A stretch of 64,000 nt of DNA from Rubripirellula sp. (GTDB taxonomy: Bacteria > Planctomycetota > Planctomycetia > Pirellulales > Pirellulaceae): positions 96,001-160,000 of the forward strand of contig OZ244207.1 in the NCBI GenBank assembly GCA_965216875.1, given 5' to 3'. Under the pieces are notes generated by a model that saw only the letters and a list, made by a program, of their open reading frames with translations, had not been told where the DNA came from and searched no databases. The position numbers and the translations under genes were made by a program. This document shows, one piece after another, positions 1 to 10,297 of this stretch (position 1 is its first letter; each line of letters opens with the position of its first letter).

Positions 1-2
1 CA

Positions 3-1184
3 CCAGCCAAGTCCAACACTAAAGCTGCCGAGCCCAAGCTTCGCGCTCCGGCCGAGCCCAAGCTCGATTCTCCGGCTGAGGCCGGGGCGAGCGCGCGAGT
101 CGAAAGTGACAATGAACCGGTCGTCATCGCAGAACCTGCACCGCCGCGGCTCGACTACACCGGGTACCCGTTGCAACCGCTGCGGATGACCCGTAGCGTC
201 GCTGGCATGAAGCGATCAATTCGCTCGTGCCTCCAGTACTACTATTCGCGTCCCGAGATTGCGAACGAACGAAGCAATTGGGGCATGCTGCACTCGATCA
301 TGGTTTTCGGCGTCGACACCAAAGTGGTTGTTGGCCGTAAACGTTACAGCGCGATTGCGTGGATCGCAGGCAACAATGCTTGCCGCGGTCAAAAGCTGCT
401 TCGGCACACGCCTGAGGGGATCCAAGCCAATAGTGGTGTTGGACTTCAGGGCCACCAAGCTCAGATGCTAGCCGTGTTTGCGCTCTGCGACGTGCCGATC
501 GACTATCCGCTTTACGCCGATGACGAGAAATACACCGTCCGCGATTTGGTCGATGCAGAAATGGCTGCCTGCAAACGCGGTGCGGAGCTGACCTTTACGC
601 TGATCGGACTGTCCCACTACCTCGACACCGATGCTCGCTGGGTAGCTTCGGACGGACAACGTTGGGACTTCGAAAAGCTGATTCGTGAAGAGCTCTCGCA
701 ACCGATCGTTGGTGCAGCTTGCGGTGGCACCCACCGCCTGATGGGATTCGCACACGCACTTCGAAAGCGCCGGGCCGAGGACAAGCCGATCGATGGCCAA
801 TGGCGTCGTGCCGACATGTTCACACAGGATTTTCATTCCTACTGCTATCGACTTCAAAACCGCGACGGTTCGATGAGCACCGATTGGTTCGAGGGCCGCG
901 AGGACAACGGCAACCTCGACCGCAAGATTCAGACCACGGGACACATGGTGGAGTGGCTATTGTCCATCACGCCCGATTCGCAACTGCAAAACCCACGCTT
1001 GGTCTCGGCGGTGCGATTCCTGCTCAGCTCGATGTACAACGAGCGTGACCACGAGTGGAAGATTGGCCCGAAGGGGCACGCACTACGGTCGTTGGCCATG
1101 TTCTACGAACGAGCGTATCGTAGCGGTCCGGCCTGGCGACCGCCCAAGGTGATGGCTCAGTCGAGCGACTCGACTCGCCGCTAA
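3..1184 (+). CDS. Conserved planctomycete hypothetical protein, 5'-truncated by the window edge (Pro/Ala/Glu-rich linker, then an alpha-helical domain with an ACGGTH motif)
   Basis: The frame of ORF 171..1184 is open back to position 3 (PAKSNTKAAEPKLRAPAEPKLDSP...), so the true start lies upstream. The C-terminal ~330 aa look globular and protein-like; function not recognised. Confidence 0.75.
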   Translation, partial: PAKSNTKAAEPKLRAPAEPKLDSPAEAGASARVESDNEPVVIAEPAPPRLDYTGYPLQPLRMTRSVAGMKRSIRSCLQYYYSRPEIANERSNWGMLHSIMVFGVDTKVVVGRKRYSAIAWIAGNNACRGQKLLRHTPEGIQANSGVGLQGHQAQMLAVFALCDVPIDYPLYADDEKYTVRDLVDAEMAACKRGAELTFTLIGLSHYLDTDARWVASDGQRWDFEKLIREELSQPIVGAACGGTHRLMGFAHALRKRRAEDKPIDGQWRRADMFTQDFHSYCYRLQNRDGSMSTDWFEGREDNGNLDRKIQTTGHMVEWLLSITPDSQLQNPRLVSAVRFLLSSMYNERDHEWKIGPKGHALRSLAMFYERAYRSGPAWRPPKVMAQSSDSTRR

Positions 1185-1336
1185 CCAAAGCGGACATGGT
1201 GCACGCGGAAGATGATTCGCGGCGCTGCCTGTGCGAAGGCTGAGCGATGGGGTAAAACTTTAGCGATTGAGTTGGCTCGTCTTGGGGCTTCGTCCCGAAG
1301 CCACGCCCTCGCTTCCCAATCCAGGCAAACCGCGCC

Positions 1337-2284
1337 ATGCCGACGCAACGACTTACCAAGCAGAACGCCGCAATGATCCGCACGGCGGTCGAGCTGTTGC
1401 GTGCCCGCGATGCCGATGCGTTGCTGCTGTTGCTCGATGGTTCGACCGATTGGAAGCGAATCTCCGAAATGGTCGACGGCATCGACAAAGCGGTCATTGT
1501 CGCCGTCGACTCGGTCGATGACCTCGAGGGCGCGGCCGAAGCGGGACTCAAACCACTCGCTTTGAACAAAGAGAAGGCTCCGCTGCTCGAGCGGCTCCAG
1601 CACGCCCTGCTCGAAGCGGCCGCTGATGAGCTGATTCGGACCAACGGCGAAGTCGTTGCCGTCTACAGCGGATTCCAGCAAGGCCGGCTCGACTCGATTA
1701 GCCATCTGCAACTGGACGAGCGAATGCGACGGCTGACGGTTCGCGACCTTCAGCAACTTGAAAGTCGCGTTCCGCTGCGGACGATTCGATCGATCGTCGA
1801 CTTGGCTGCACAGATCGGCCGTGAGGGTCGTGAAGGCAAGCCGGTCGGGACCTTGTTCGTCGTTGGTGACACACGCAAGGTCCTGGGACACGCCAAAGAT
1901 AGCGGTGTCGACCCGTTTCGCGGCTACAACCGCAAACATCGAAATCTGTTGGATGCCAAGGTTCAAGAAGATGCGAAAGAGATCGCACAGCTGGATGGGG
2001 CATTCATCGTCAACAGTGACGGTGTGATTGAACGGAGTCGCCAGATCCTGAGCGTGTCGCATGAAGACCTCACGATGACCGGCGGCCTCGGCTCGCGTCA
2101 CTGGGCGGCCGCCGCGATCACTCGGATCACAAAGTCGATCTCGGTCGTCGTTAGCCAATCAACGGGCACCGTTCGGCTCTACCAAGACGGCATGCTTGTC
2201 ATTCGCATCGAACCGATGGACAAGGCGGTCAAGTGGCAAGAGTTCGCCTTCGAGCCACCATCGGCATCGCCCGAGAAAAGCTAG
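1337..2284 (+). CDS. Diadenylate cyclase (DisA_N/DAC domain), DacZ/CdaZ-like architecture with an N-terminal alpha/beta domain
   Basis: GREGKPVGTLFVVGD, KEIAQLDGAFIV (DGA motif), GLGSRHWAAAAIT (RHx motif), VVSQSTGTV; no TM helices and no HhH. Confidence 0.88.
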   Translation: MPTQRLTKQNAAMIRTAVELLRARDADALLLLLDGSTDWKRISEMVDGIDKAVIVAVDSVDDLEGAAEAGLKPLALNKEKAPLLERLQHALLEAAADELIRTNGEVVAVYSGFQQGRLDSISHLQLDERMRRLTVRDLQQLESRVPLRTIRSIVDLAAQIGREGREGKPVGTLFVVGDTRKVLGHAKDSGVDPFRGYNRKHRNLLDAKVQEDAKEIAQLDGAFIVNSDGVIERSRQILSVSHEDLTMTGGLGSRHWAAAAITRITKSISVVVSQSTGTVRLYQDGMLVIRIEPMDKAVKWQEFAFEPPSASPEKS

Positions 2285-2344
2285 ACGCTCGTTATTCAAA
2301 CCCCGGATTTGTGAGCAGTGATCGCATGAGCGGCCGGGCCTTAA

Positions 2345-3463
2345 TCACGATCCAACATACACGTTCGCAAAGTCAACCTTGCCGGTCGCTTTGAGCGTTA
2401 GGGGGCCTTTGGATGCAAAGCTTGCTTGGTCAACTTCGACTTTGTGGCCGTTGATTTCCAACCAGAAGGCGCCCTCGCGCTTCACTCCTTCGATGCGATT
2501 CCATCGCCCAACCTTTTCCAGGTGTTTGCTGATGCGATCATCCGACAGGTCGACAGCGAATGCCTTGCCAGCCTGGATTGCGGCGTTACTTGAGTCGGCA
2601 TGCAGTTTGACGTCGACAACGAAACCGACCTCCTGAAACGATTCGTTGCTGGTAAGCGTTGCGGTCTCGCCGGCCGCCCCACTGGCGCGCAGGATCCAAT
2701 CGCGAGATTCCCACTTCCCATCGCTCGAGGCTTGCCAGCCCGCGAGATCGAGTCCGCTGTAGATGCTTCGGTAGCCGCGATTGGCGATCGCAACGTGCTC
2801 GGGCGCGACATCACTATCCGGCAGCTCTTTGATCCGCACATTCCGGTAGTGAACGACGCCTCCTTCCGATTCGATGCAGATGTAGCCTTTGCGTGGGACA
2901 CATTCTTTGCCGCGCGTAACGACCTTGCCATTGACGGCCAACGAGATCTCTCCATCGCGACATTCGATGCGATAGTGGTTCCACTGAGGACTCGGATTCG
3001 ACCGATTCTCAGTGGGGAAGGCACGACTTCCACCGCGACCATTGACCGGAGTCATCTTTGCACCATGAATGGGAAAGATGTCGCCATGTGTGGTGTGACT
3101 GCGCGTGTTGCCATAGGCGTTCTCGAGCACCTGCACTTCGATGCCGCGGTGGAACGGGACGCCTCGTGCGGTGATGTCATCGGCCCAAACAAAGATTCCG
3201 GCATTGCCCCGAGGCACCATGTGCCGCCACTCAAGTTCCATCACAAAATTCTGGTACATCTTCTCCGTTCGGATTTCACCGATCGGCTTGCCCGTGCATT
3301 CGAGCCGGTCCTCATTGAAGGACCACGTTTGCGGCGGCGTGTTGGTCAGCACCCAGCCGCTCAAATCGCGGCCATTGAACATTGGGCGAAAGTCGTCTTC
3401 GGCAAAGGCTGCCATGGGGATCAGGCAGGCTACCGACACAACGAGACAATGAATGCGGAACAT
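2345..3463 (-). CDS. Secreted DUF1080 (3-keto-disaccharide hydrolase family) protein with a second degenerate DUF1080-like module
   Basis: Signal peptide MFRIHCLVVSVACLIPMAAFA; FNGRDLSGW, NAGIFVW, GIEVQVLE, WNHYRIEC, GYICIESEG, YRNVRIKEL. Start moved to ATG at 3463. Confidence 0.88.
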   Translation of the reverse strand: MFRIHCLVVSVACLIPMAAFAEDDFRPMFNGRDLSGWVLTNTPPQTWSFNEDRLECTGKPIGEIRTEKMYQNFVMELEWRHMVPRGNAGIFVWADDITARGVPFHRGIEVQVLENAYGNTRSHTTHGDIFPIHGAKMTPVNGRGGSRAFPTENRSNPSPQWNHYRIECRDGEISLAVNGKVVTRGKECVPRKGYICIESEGGVVHYRNVRIKELPDSDVAPEHVAIANRGYRSIYSGLDLAGWQASSDGKWESRDWILRASGAAGETATLTSNESFQEVGFVVDVKLHADSSNAAIQAGKAFAVDLSDDRISKHLEKVGRWNRIEGVKREGAFWLEINGHKVEVDQASFASKGPLTLKATGKVDFANVYVGS

Positions 3464-3608
3464 GTTGGCTAGGCGGGGGCAGGAGAATGGAGGCGGGTCA
3501 AAGTGTCGCACGCGACGCTCCAACAATAGTACCCGCTGGGGGCTGGTTCGAGTTGTGAGGATCCTTAGTTACAATCGTCCTAGACACCACGCGTTACTTA
3601 CCCCCCGT

Positions 3609-3636
3609 TTAGGACCATCAAGCTTAGGACCATCAA
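3609..3636 (+). repeat. Perfect 13-bp direct repeat TTAGGACCATCAA x2 overlapping the RBS/start of the oxidoreductase
   Basis: Copies at 3609-3621 and 3624-3636 separated by GC; the second copy ends on the A of the ATG. Confidence 0.85.
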
Positions 3637-5006
3637 TGCCCACGAATCGTCATACTTCTCGTCGCCACTTCCTGCAGGGCGTAGCGGCGGCTGGGGCAGC
3701 CAGCGTCATGATTCCATCGGCTGGCCGTGCATACGGATACCTTTCACCAAACGACCGACCCGTTTTCGCCACCATTGGGCTTCGTAACCAAGGCTGGACG
3801 ATCACGGACAAGACTTTTCAGTTTGCGGACTTCGCCGCTTTTGCCGACGTCGATGAAAACATTTTGGGTGCCAACATTCAAAAGGCAGCCAAGCGTCAGG
3901 ACAAAAAGCCCGAGGGCTACAAGGACTACCGCAAGATCCTTGAACGCAGCGATATCGACGCGGTCATGATTGCCACCCCCGACCACTGGCACACCAAGAT
4001 TGCGGTCGAGGCAATGCTTGCCGGCAAAGACGTCTACTGTGAAAAACCACTGACACTGACGATCGACGAAGGCAAGTTGATCGAAAAGATGGTCAAGAAA
4101 ACGGGCCGCACTTTTCAGGTCGGCACGATGCAACGTAGTGAATGCGGCAATCGATTTTTGCAAGCGGTCGCCTTGGTCCGCGCCGGTCGAATCGGCACGG
4201 TCAAGCGAGTGACCTGCGGAATCAACGGCATGGTGGCGTCGCCAAAGATTCCTGTTGCCGATGTCCCCGAAGGTCTCGATTGGGATATGTGGTTGGGGCC
4301 TGCGGCCAAGGTCGACTACCGCGCGTTGCCTGAACTGCGAGAGGGTTACGGTGGCGGCGTCCCGCTTTACAGCAACGCTCATTATTCGTTCCGCAATTGG
4401 CACGAATACTCGGGTGGCAAGTTGACCGACTGGGGCGCTCACCACGTCGACATCGCCTGTTGGGCGATCGGTGCAAGCGAAACTGGGCCGAGCAAAATCA
4501 CGCCGTTGGAATTCGATTTGCCAGTCGAATACAAAGACGGCCACCCAATGGTTGCGGACCAGTACAACGCTGCGACGAAGTTCAAGATCCGCGCGGCGAT
4601 GCCGAACGACGTCGAGATGATCATCACCAGCGAAGGTGACAACGGGATCCTGTTCGAAGGCACCAAAGGTCGGTTCTTTGTCAATCGTGGCAAGATCGTT
4701 GGCAAGCCAGTCGAGGACCTCGAAAAGAACCCGCTACCCGATGGTGCGGTCGAAGAGGTCTACGGTGGTCCGATCAGCAAGAACCATTCGGCGAACTTCA
4801 TCGAAGCGATCAATGCGGGCAAACAACCGATTTCGGACGTGTGGACGCATAACCGCATGCTTGAGATCTGTCACCTGTCGAACATCGCCATGCGTTTGGA
4901 CCGCGAATTGAAGTGGGATCCAAGTAAGCGTGAAGTGATTGGCGACGACCAAGCCAATTCGTTCCTCTCGCGCGAAGCCCGCGCAGGCTACGAAATCGAC
5001 ATGTAG
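3636..5006 (+). CDS. Tat-exported Gfo/Idh/MocA family oxidoreductase
   Basis: Twin-arginine SRRHFLQ, IATPDHWH, GKDVYCEKP, DWDMWLGPA, DWGAHHVD. Start moved to ATG 3636 behind AGGA. Confidence 0.93.
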   Translation: MPTNRHTSRRHFLQGVAAAGAASVMIPSAGRAYGYLSPNDRPVFATIGLRNQGWTITDKTFQFADFAAFADVDENILGANIQKAAKRQDKKPEGYKDYRKILERSDIDAVMIATPDHWHTKIAVEAMLAGKDVYCEKPLTLTIDEGKLIEKMVKKTGRTFQVGTMQRSECGNRFLQAVALVRAGRIGTVKRVTCGINGMVASPKIPVADVPEGLDWDMWLGPAAKVDYRALPELREGYGGGVPLYSNAHYSFRNWHEYSGGKLTDWGAHHVDIACWAIGASETGPSKITPLEFDLPVEYKDGHPMVADQYNAATKFKIRAAMPNDVEMIITSEGDNGILFEGTKGRFFVNRGKIVGKPVEDLEKNPLPDGAVEEVYGGPISKNHSANFIEAINAGKQPISDVWTHNRMLEICHLSNIAMRLDRELKWDPSKREVIGDDQANSFLSREARAGYEIDM

Positions 5007-5034
5007 GCCGCACGTCGAGAATCGATCCAGCGAC

Positions 5035-5064
5035 AACGCACAGGCGAATGCCTGTGCGTTTTTT
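5035..5064 (+). terminator. Rho-independent terminator
   Basis: AACGCACAGGC-GAAT-GCCTGTGCGTT hairpin followed by TTTT, 28 nt after the stop. Confidence 0.85.
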
Positions 5065-5084
5065 AATGGTCGATACTCGATTGG

Positions 5085-8000
5085 CTAGAGTTGCTCAAAG
5101 GGGATTGGCTTGAGGCACCAGGCATAGACGCGTGTTCGTCCCGATCGCGGACCAACGAACGGGTCGTCCACGATTTCACCTTCGAACGATGTCAGGCCGC
5201 TATTGGAGGTGTCGTCAAATTCGATGACCCATAGGTGTGAACCTTGCCACGCGAAGGAACCGACGACAACCACGTTATCACCCTGATCAGTCGAGTCGAC
5301 TGTCGCCTGGTAGCTATGAATTGCGTTGGCGGTTGTGAACTCGTAGCCACGGGTGTAAGTGTCATACTGCAAGTGTTCCCACTGTGCATGAATGAACTCC
5401 GTGCCGAGTCCGAAGTCTTCGAAGGTGATCGTTGATGCGACTTGTCCATTCGCATCGATCGTCGTGTTCACTTCATCCTGGTACGTGTTCACGTAGTCAC
5501 GAACATCCTCGACATCGATGCGCAAGAAATGATCGTACCATTTTTGGATGTAGAACGAGAAATGGTGCTCCGCTTCGGCGGTCGCTCCTTTTTCGTTCAT
5601 CGTCTGCACTCGCGAACCATCGTCGAAACGTTCGTCTTTCGAATGGACATCCCCATCCGCTTCGACGGTAAACGCATTCTTGTAGGCGTATCGATCAACG
5701 TCAGCCCAGCGCACATCGTCGCTGTTGGCTGACATGCTGTCCCATTCGGATTCGCGTTCCCAATACGTTGCTTCGTCTCGAGTCCCAGTTTGCAGTGGCA
5801 ATGCGACGGGACCGAACTCGCCCGTATCGTGTAGCGGTGTGATCGTCGACACGCCGGTGTGGGTCACGATTTGACCTTGCCCGTCACGTTTTATCGTTTC
5901 TTCAAAGTCAAACTCATGACCAAACGTCGATGTTCTGCTGAAGCGGTCATCATCGAACCAATCCGAGAAGCCCTCGTGCAGCTGCTCGAGCGTCACGGTG
6001 TAGTGTCGGAAGCCACCGTGGGGGCCGCATTTGTCGACGGTTATGTAGTCGATGTCATAGCAATTGGGCCTAGCATCCGCCATGTCTTCCCAGCCATTGC
6101 CGTAGAGTCGAATCAGGTTGGCCTTTGCGTTTCCGGGCAGGTTAGGGTTTTCGCTATGACGCACACCGAACCAGTTGTAGTAACCCTCGGCATCCGATCG
6201 CCAAAGACCTTGCGCCCCCCCGGCAAATTGGTGGGTCTCGATTGATTGCACTCCTCCACCAATTTCCGTGCCGTAGTCAGTCAGTTCGTTGTGGAAGTCG
6301 TAGGCAAAGACATCGTCAACCTCCTCGGCCCAATCGTCTCGCTGGTAGCGCGTGAAGAAGTCTGGGTCATCAGGTTCACTGGGATCCGCCGAAGCTAATT
6401 CGAAAAAGCCCTCGAGCGCGCCGTTGTGTCGCGCCAAGGCATCGCCAAAGTCCATATCCCACGTCACTGCGTTCAGGACGTGACCGGTGGCCGTTTCCTC
6501 TCGATCATGCTCTGTGTACCAAGCCCGGATGTACTCGATGTCGGGACTAAACAGGCTTTCTGAATAGGGCAGGCTCGTGTTTTCGGGAATCGTGTGCGGC
6601 AAGTAATCAATATACGATTGATAGAATTGAGCCGTTTCTGGATTCCCGTCCGGCCGGATGGTCGCTCGAAGGTAGCCATTGCCGACACCCGAAATGGACC
6701 AATAGGTCGTGTCGTCGTGGCCGTGGCCGTACTCGACTTCATCAAAGGTCGTCCCGTTATTGAAGCGTTGCAACCGGTTTCGGGACTCGATGCCCACGTG
6801 ACCTACTTCCTGCCAGAATTCGTCGACCGAAGCAGAGTCATCGTAGTTGGGATAAACCAGCTGGTCGTCATAGAGGAATTCGCCGTAGTTGACGGACCAA
6901 TAGTTTGAACGCTCGCCGCTGGCTGTTTCTCTCCAACTCAGGTCGCCTTCCGGGGGCGTGGCGTCCCACGTTGAGGTGATGAACTGCTCATCGTAGGTGT
7001 TGGTACGAAACGTCCCTTCGGCATCGTAAAGCTGGCCATCTTGATGGACGTTTAGGGTGTCGGGATTTGCCGAGACGGCGATATCCCAGTCGGTTGACGT
7101 CAGGCCGTTAAACTCACTCTTGTACTTCTTGTAGCCGAACCGGCGCACGTAAACATCGGGGTCGTAGCCGTAGCCATACCCGTCGTTGTAGTCGTAGCCA
7201 GCATCGCCGCCGTAGTCATAGCCGTAGTCGCCGCCGTAGTCGCCGCTGTAGTCGTAGCCGTATCCATATCCGTAGCCCCCCGAGCCGGATCCGCCAGTTG
7301 GAATCGGAAGCGGTAGTGTAAACCCGTTGGAATCGTGCCACAGCTGAAGTTCGCCCATCGCACTTCGGTCGTTCAAGACCGATTGCAGCTGAATTGGCTC
7401 GAGCGCAGATTCAACACGTTCCTGTCTCGTTGTGCCGGATGGATTAATCGGTGGCGGTGCAGCAGCGGGGGCGTCGAGATTCATCAGGATCACGTCATGC
7501 TGCTCACGATCCCTGACCGTGGCGAGGTAGCCGTAGGATTCGTAGATCGTTTCGCCGGGCAGGGTGTCTGGGGTTAACGATTCAAAGTACCAATCGTCAA
7601 AGTTGTCTTCGTAGAACTCGTCGATCGAATAGAAGGTGACTCCATTGGCGTCTCCCTGAAGACTGAACTGCAACTCGAAGGTTCCAAACTGTTGCAGGAG
7701 TCGTTGACGCACCAATGGGAACTCGGGGCCACTTTGGATCCCGTTGTCTTGGATGTAGTCCGCAAACGCTCCGCTGGGGTCAGGAACGCCATAACTACTG
7801 AATTCGTCGGGCGCCGGCAGCCCGACTGGAATCGCTTCGTCGTACCACTGAGTCGTGATAGTGAATCCAATCAGCAGGTCCTCACTGTAACTCCAGCTGC
7901 TCGCAAGATCGCCAGAGAAACCATCTGCCAAGTTCCACTGCAGGTCGTAGCTGACGGTCTTTCCTTCGTCGGGGAATTCTTCAACAACATTGATGTTGCC

Positions 8001-8645
8001 GGCTGATTGAGCGTACGGTGTCGTTGGTGGTGAAATCTGATCAGCGTCAACATCACTCCAGGCGATGATGTCGGGGAAGAAGTGTTTGATCGAATCGACG
8101 TCAAACATCCATTCCTCTTCGTTGTAAGTGTCGACGCTGTACGGCCTCAACTCGGGCGCCGACATGATTCCTGGTTGATACAGGTTGCGTGCATCGAGTC
8201 CATTGCGCGAGAGGATTGGGGATGGCGCTTCGGGGGAAACCGAGAGCGGTACCTGCGGAATAGGATCCGGATCATAGGGGTACGTTCCGGTGTCTCGTAC
8301 TGATGGAATCGCTGGCCCAAACTCCAACCGGGCGGTTTCGAAATCGGGAAGGAATCGGTCAACTTCATTGTTGTTGTGGATGCCGACGCCGTATCCGTTG
8401 TCGATCTTTCGCGCTTCTGATAGTAGATCGCGACGCAACAGCAGAGAGCGATCAATCAAGTCGGTCTCGGCCAGCCGCGAATTCTGCGGCAAGTTGATGC
8501 CAGGAGCCTGTCCCAGCGGGTTGGAGATCGCGCCAACAAGCAACCGTCGCGTCTCAAGGATTTCTAAACGCAGGTCTCGCTGCTTGCGTTGCTTTACGCG
8601 CACGCGCCGACGCAATTGCAGATTGGAATTCATGTTGCACCCCAT
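5085..8645 (-). CDS. Large acidic extracellular protein with a planctomycete-extracellular leader and a Gly/Tyr/Asp low-complexity insert
   Basis: N-terminus RRRVRVKQRKQRDLRLEILETRRLLVG matches the Planc_extracel-type motif; 1186-aa ORF rich in D/E/Y/W; no other domain recognised. Start may be 8633. Confidence 0.8.
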   Translation of the reverse strand: MGCNMNSNLQLRRRVRVKQRKQRDLRLEILETRRLLVGAISNPLGQAPGINLPQNSRLAETDLIDRSLLLRRDLLSEARKIDNGYGVGIHNNNEVDRFLPDFETARLEFGPAIPSVRDTGTYPYDPDPIPQVPLSVSPEAPSPILSRNGLDARNLYQPGIMSAPELRPYSVDTYNEEEWMFDVDSIKHFFPDIIAWSDVDADQISPPTTPYAQSAGNINVVEEFPDEGKTVSYDLQWNLADGFSGDLASSWSYSEDLLIGFTITTQWYDEAIPVGLPAPDEFSSYGVPDPSGAFADYIQDNGIQSGPEFPLVRQRLLQQFGTFELQFSLQGDANGVTFYSIDEFYEDNFDDWYFESLTPDTLPGETIYESYGYLATVRDREQHDVILMNLDAPAAAPPPINPSGTTRQERVESALEPIQLQSVLNDRSAMGELQLWHDSNGFTLPLPIPTGGSGSGGYGYGYGYDYSGDYGGDYGYDYGGDAGYDYNDGYGYGYDPDVYVRRFGYKKYKSEFNGLTSTDWDIAVSANPDTLNVHQDGQLYDAEGTFRTNTYDEQFITSTWDATPPEGDLSWRETASGERSNYWSVNYGEFLYDDQLVYPNYDDSASVDEFWQEVGHVGIESRNRLQRFNNGTTFDEVEYGHGHDDTTYWSISGVGNGYLRATIRPDGNPETAQFYQSYIDYLPHTIPENTSLPYSESLFSPDIEYIRAWYTEHDREETATGHVLNAVTWDMDFGDALARHNGALEGFFELASADPSEPDDPDFFTRYQRDDWAEEVDDVFAYDFHNELTDYGTEIGGGVQSIETHQFAGGAQGLWRSDAEGYYNWFGVRHSENPNLPGNAKANLIRLYGNGWEDMADARPNCYDIDYITVDKCGPHGGFRHYTVTLEQLHEGFSDWFDDDRFSRTSTFGHEFDFEETIKRDGQGQIVTHTGVSTITPLHDTGEFGPVALPLQTGTRDEATYWERESEWDSMSANSDDVRWADVDRYAYKNAFTVEADGDVHSKDERFDDGSRVQTMNEKGATAEAEHHFSFYIQKWYDHFLRIDVEDVRDYVNTYQDEVNTTIDANGQVASTITFEDFGLGTEFIHAQWEHLQYDTYTRGYEFTTANAIHSYQATVDSTDQGDNVVVVGSFAWQGSHLWVIEFDDTSNSGLTSFEGEIVDDPFVGPRSGRTRVYAWCLKPIPFEQL

Positions 8646-8858
8646 GCAAAAAGACTAGAACAAGCCAAACATGAGTCGTCAGGCTAACAGTCTCGGAGTG
8701 TGTGACGCAAACTTTTCAGGAGATTGTGCCGGCATTTTTTGGGCATTCACCAAGAATTCACGAGCAGCTCGACCAAAGAGGAGGCTCGCCTGCGACATTT
8801 TCATCTAGTATGCACGCCATGCATCGCTGCGAGCGCATGAGGGCATTCGCTTGAGCGC

Positions 8859-8901
8859 AAAAAAGAAACTGCAGTGACTCCTATGAAGTCACCGCAGCTT
8901 C
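8859..8901 (-). terminator. Rho-independent terminator of the DUF1559 gene
   Basis: Minus strand GAAGCTGCGGTGACT-TCATAGG-AGTCACTGCAGTTTC followed by TTTTTT. Confidence 0.8.
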
Positions 8902-8937
8902 GACGGTAGGTCCTGAGAGGTCTAGATCAAAGGAATC

Positions 8938-10203
8938 CTACTGATTCAGCTCTTCCTCGATGATCTCTTTGGAAGCTCGTGTGCCGAGTGCTCCCCAAAG
9001 CCCATAGGGGCTTGCTTCGCCAGCGATGTTGGGGTTTGTCGTATGACCGGTGAAGACGGCTACGACGGCGTTGTCGTAGAGGTTGCCGGCGTCGATGCTG
9101 TCGCTCATGAAGATCACAGCGCCGTCTCCCATCAACACGTGAGCACCGCCTTCGTGACGGCTGCCAGCTGTGGAGATGAAGTACCAGTTGCCATCGGAAC
9201 CGTTGGTAGAACAGTTGGCACGGTTGGGGGGCAACATTGTTTGGAAGGCTGTGTAGGTCAGCCGGCCATCGCCCCAACGTCCACCGCGCGAGCGAATCGG
9301 ACCTGTTTCAACCGTAAAACCATCGGCGTAAAACTGCGGACGCTCGGGATCGATGTGAGGGCCTTCCATGCAGAGCGCGGGCTGGCCAGCACCGTCCCAG
9401 GTTCCTGTTCCTCGCAGTGAAATGTCACGTACCCAGTCGGCCTTGATTTCGCGGTTGCCAAGCGACGTGCAGATCTCTCCGGCGGCGATCGTGTTGGAAA
9501 GACCGTCCAGGCAATCGCGGAATTTGGTTTCGTGTCGGCTCCAGAAGAACCCACGGTTCGAAGCGCGAGCTCGGATCGCCATGGTCTGGTCGTTGGTCGT
9601 GACGTTTTCCCAGGGTTGTCGATAGAAGCCCAGTTCGTTTCGACCGCCGACGTAGCACGAGTCAATCGTGTCACCCAAGCAAGCGGCATAGTTTGAACGA
9701 CCAGTTGCGACGTCCAGTACTCCCGGATCACTAGGGCAGCGGAACGTTGGGATTTCGGTCGCCCACGGCACATAGGCTGGTTGCCAGGGTGCGGGCCCCA
9801 TCGGTGGCCAAGTTCCGTTGATCACATCGCCGGGCATACTCGAGCCAGGAGTCACGTCCTGGCTTGGATTGGAAATGCTTTCCCACAACGCTTGCTGTTC
9901 GCAATAAGGCAAGATGGGAACAAGCCAGCTGAGGAACAAACGGTTGCTGTTGTTGGTCACACCACCAGCAAACGTTCGTGACGTACCGGTCATGTTGTTG
10001 GGCAGTTGCTTGAACGCACTGTGGTAGTTGTGCACGGCCAAGCCAATTTGCTTGAAGTTGTTGCTACAACTCATGCGACGCGCGGCTTCGCGTGCAGCCT
10101 GGACGGCAGGCAGCAGCAAGCCGACCAACACGCCAATGATGGCGATCACAACCAACAATTCCACCAAGGTGAAACCGCTGTGACGGCGAGGGACATTCAT
10201 CAA
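8938..10203 (-). CDS. DUF1559 (SBP_bac_10) prepilin-type N-terminal cleavage/methylation protein with H-X9-DG motif
   Basis: [68 protein letters not shown]. Confidence 0.95.
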   Translation of the reverse strand: MMNVPRRHSGFTLVELLVVIAIIGVLVGLLLPAVQAAREAARRMSCSNNFKQIGLAVHNYHSAFKQLPNNMTGTSRTFAGGVTNNSNRLFLSWLVPILPYCEQQALWESISNPSQDVTPGSSMPGDVINGTWPPMGPAPWQPAYVPWATEIPTFRCPSDPGVLDVATGRSNYAACLGDTIDSCYVGGRNELGFYRQPWENVTTNDQTMAIRARASNRGFFWSRHETKFRDCLDGLSNTIAAGEICTSLGNREIKADWVRDISLRGTGTWDGAGQPALCMEGPHIDPERPQFYADGFTVETGPIRSRGGRWGDGRLTYTAFQTMLPPNRANCSTNGSDGNWYFISTAGSRHEGGAHVLMGDGAVIFMSDSIDAGNLYDNAVVAVFTGHTTNPNIAGEASPYGLWGALGTRASKEIIEEELNQ

Positions 10204-10297
10204 AGACCTCTAAGAGAACAGAAAGGAAACAAAAGCGCAGCAGCGATCCCAAAGAGTCACCGCTACTCATAAACAGAAAATCAAAAAGGGGGACGAC

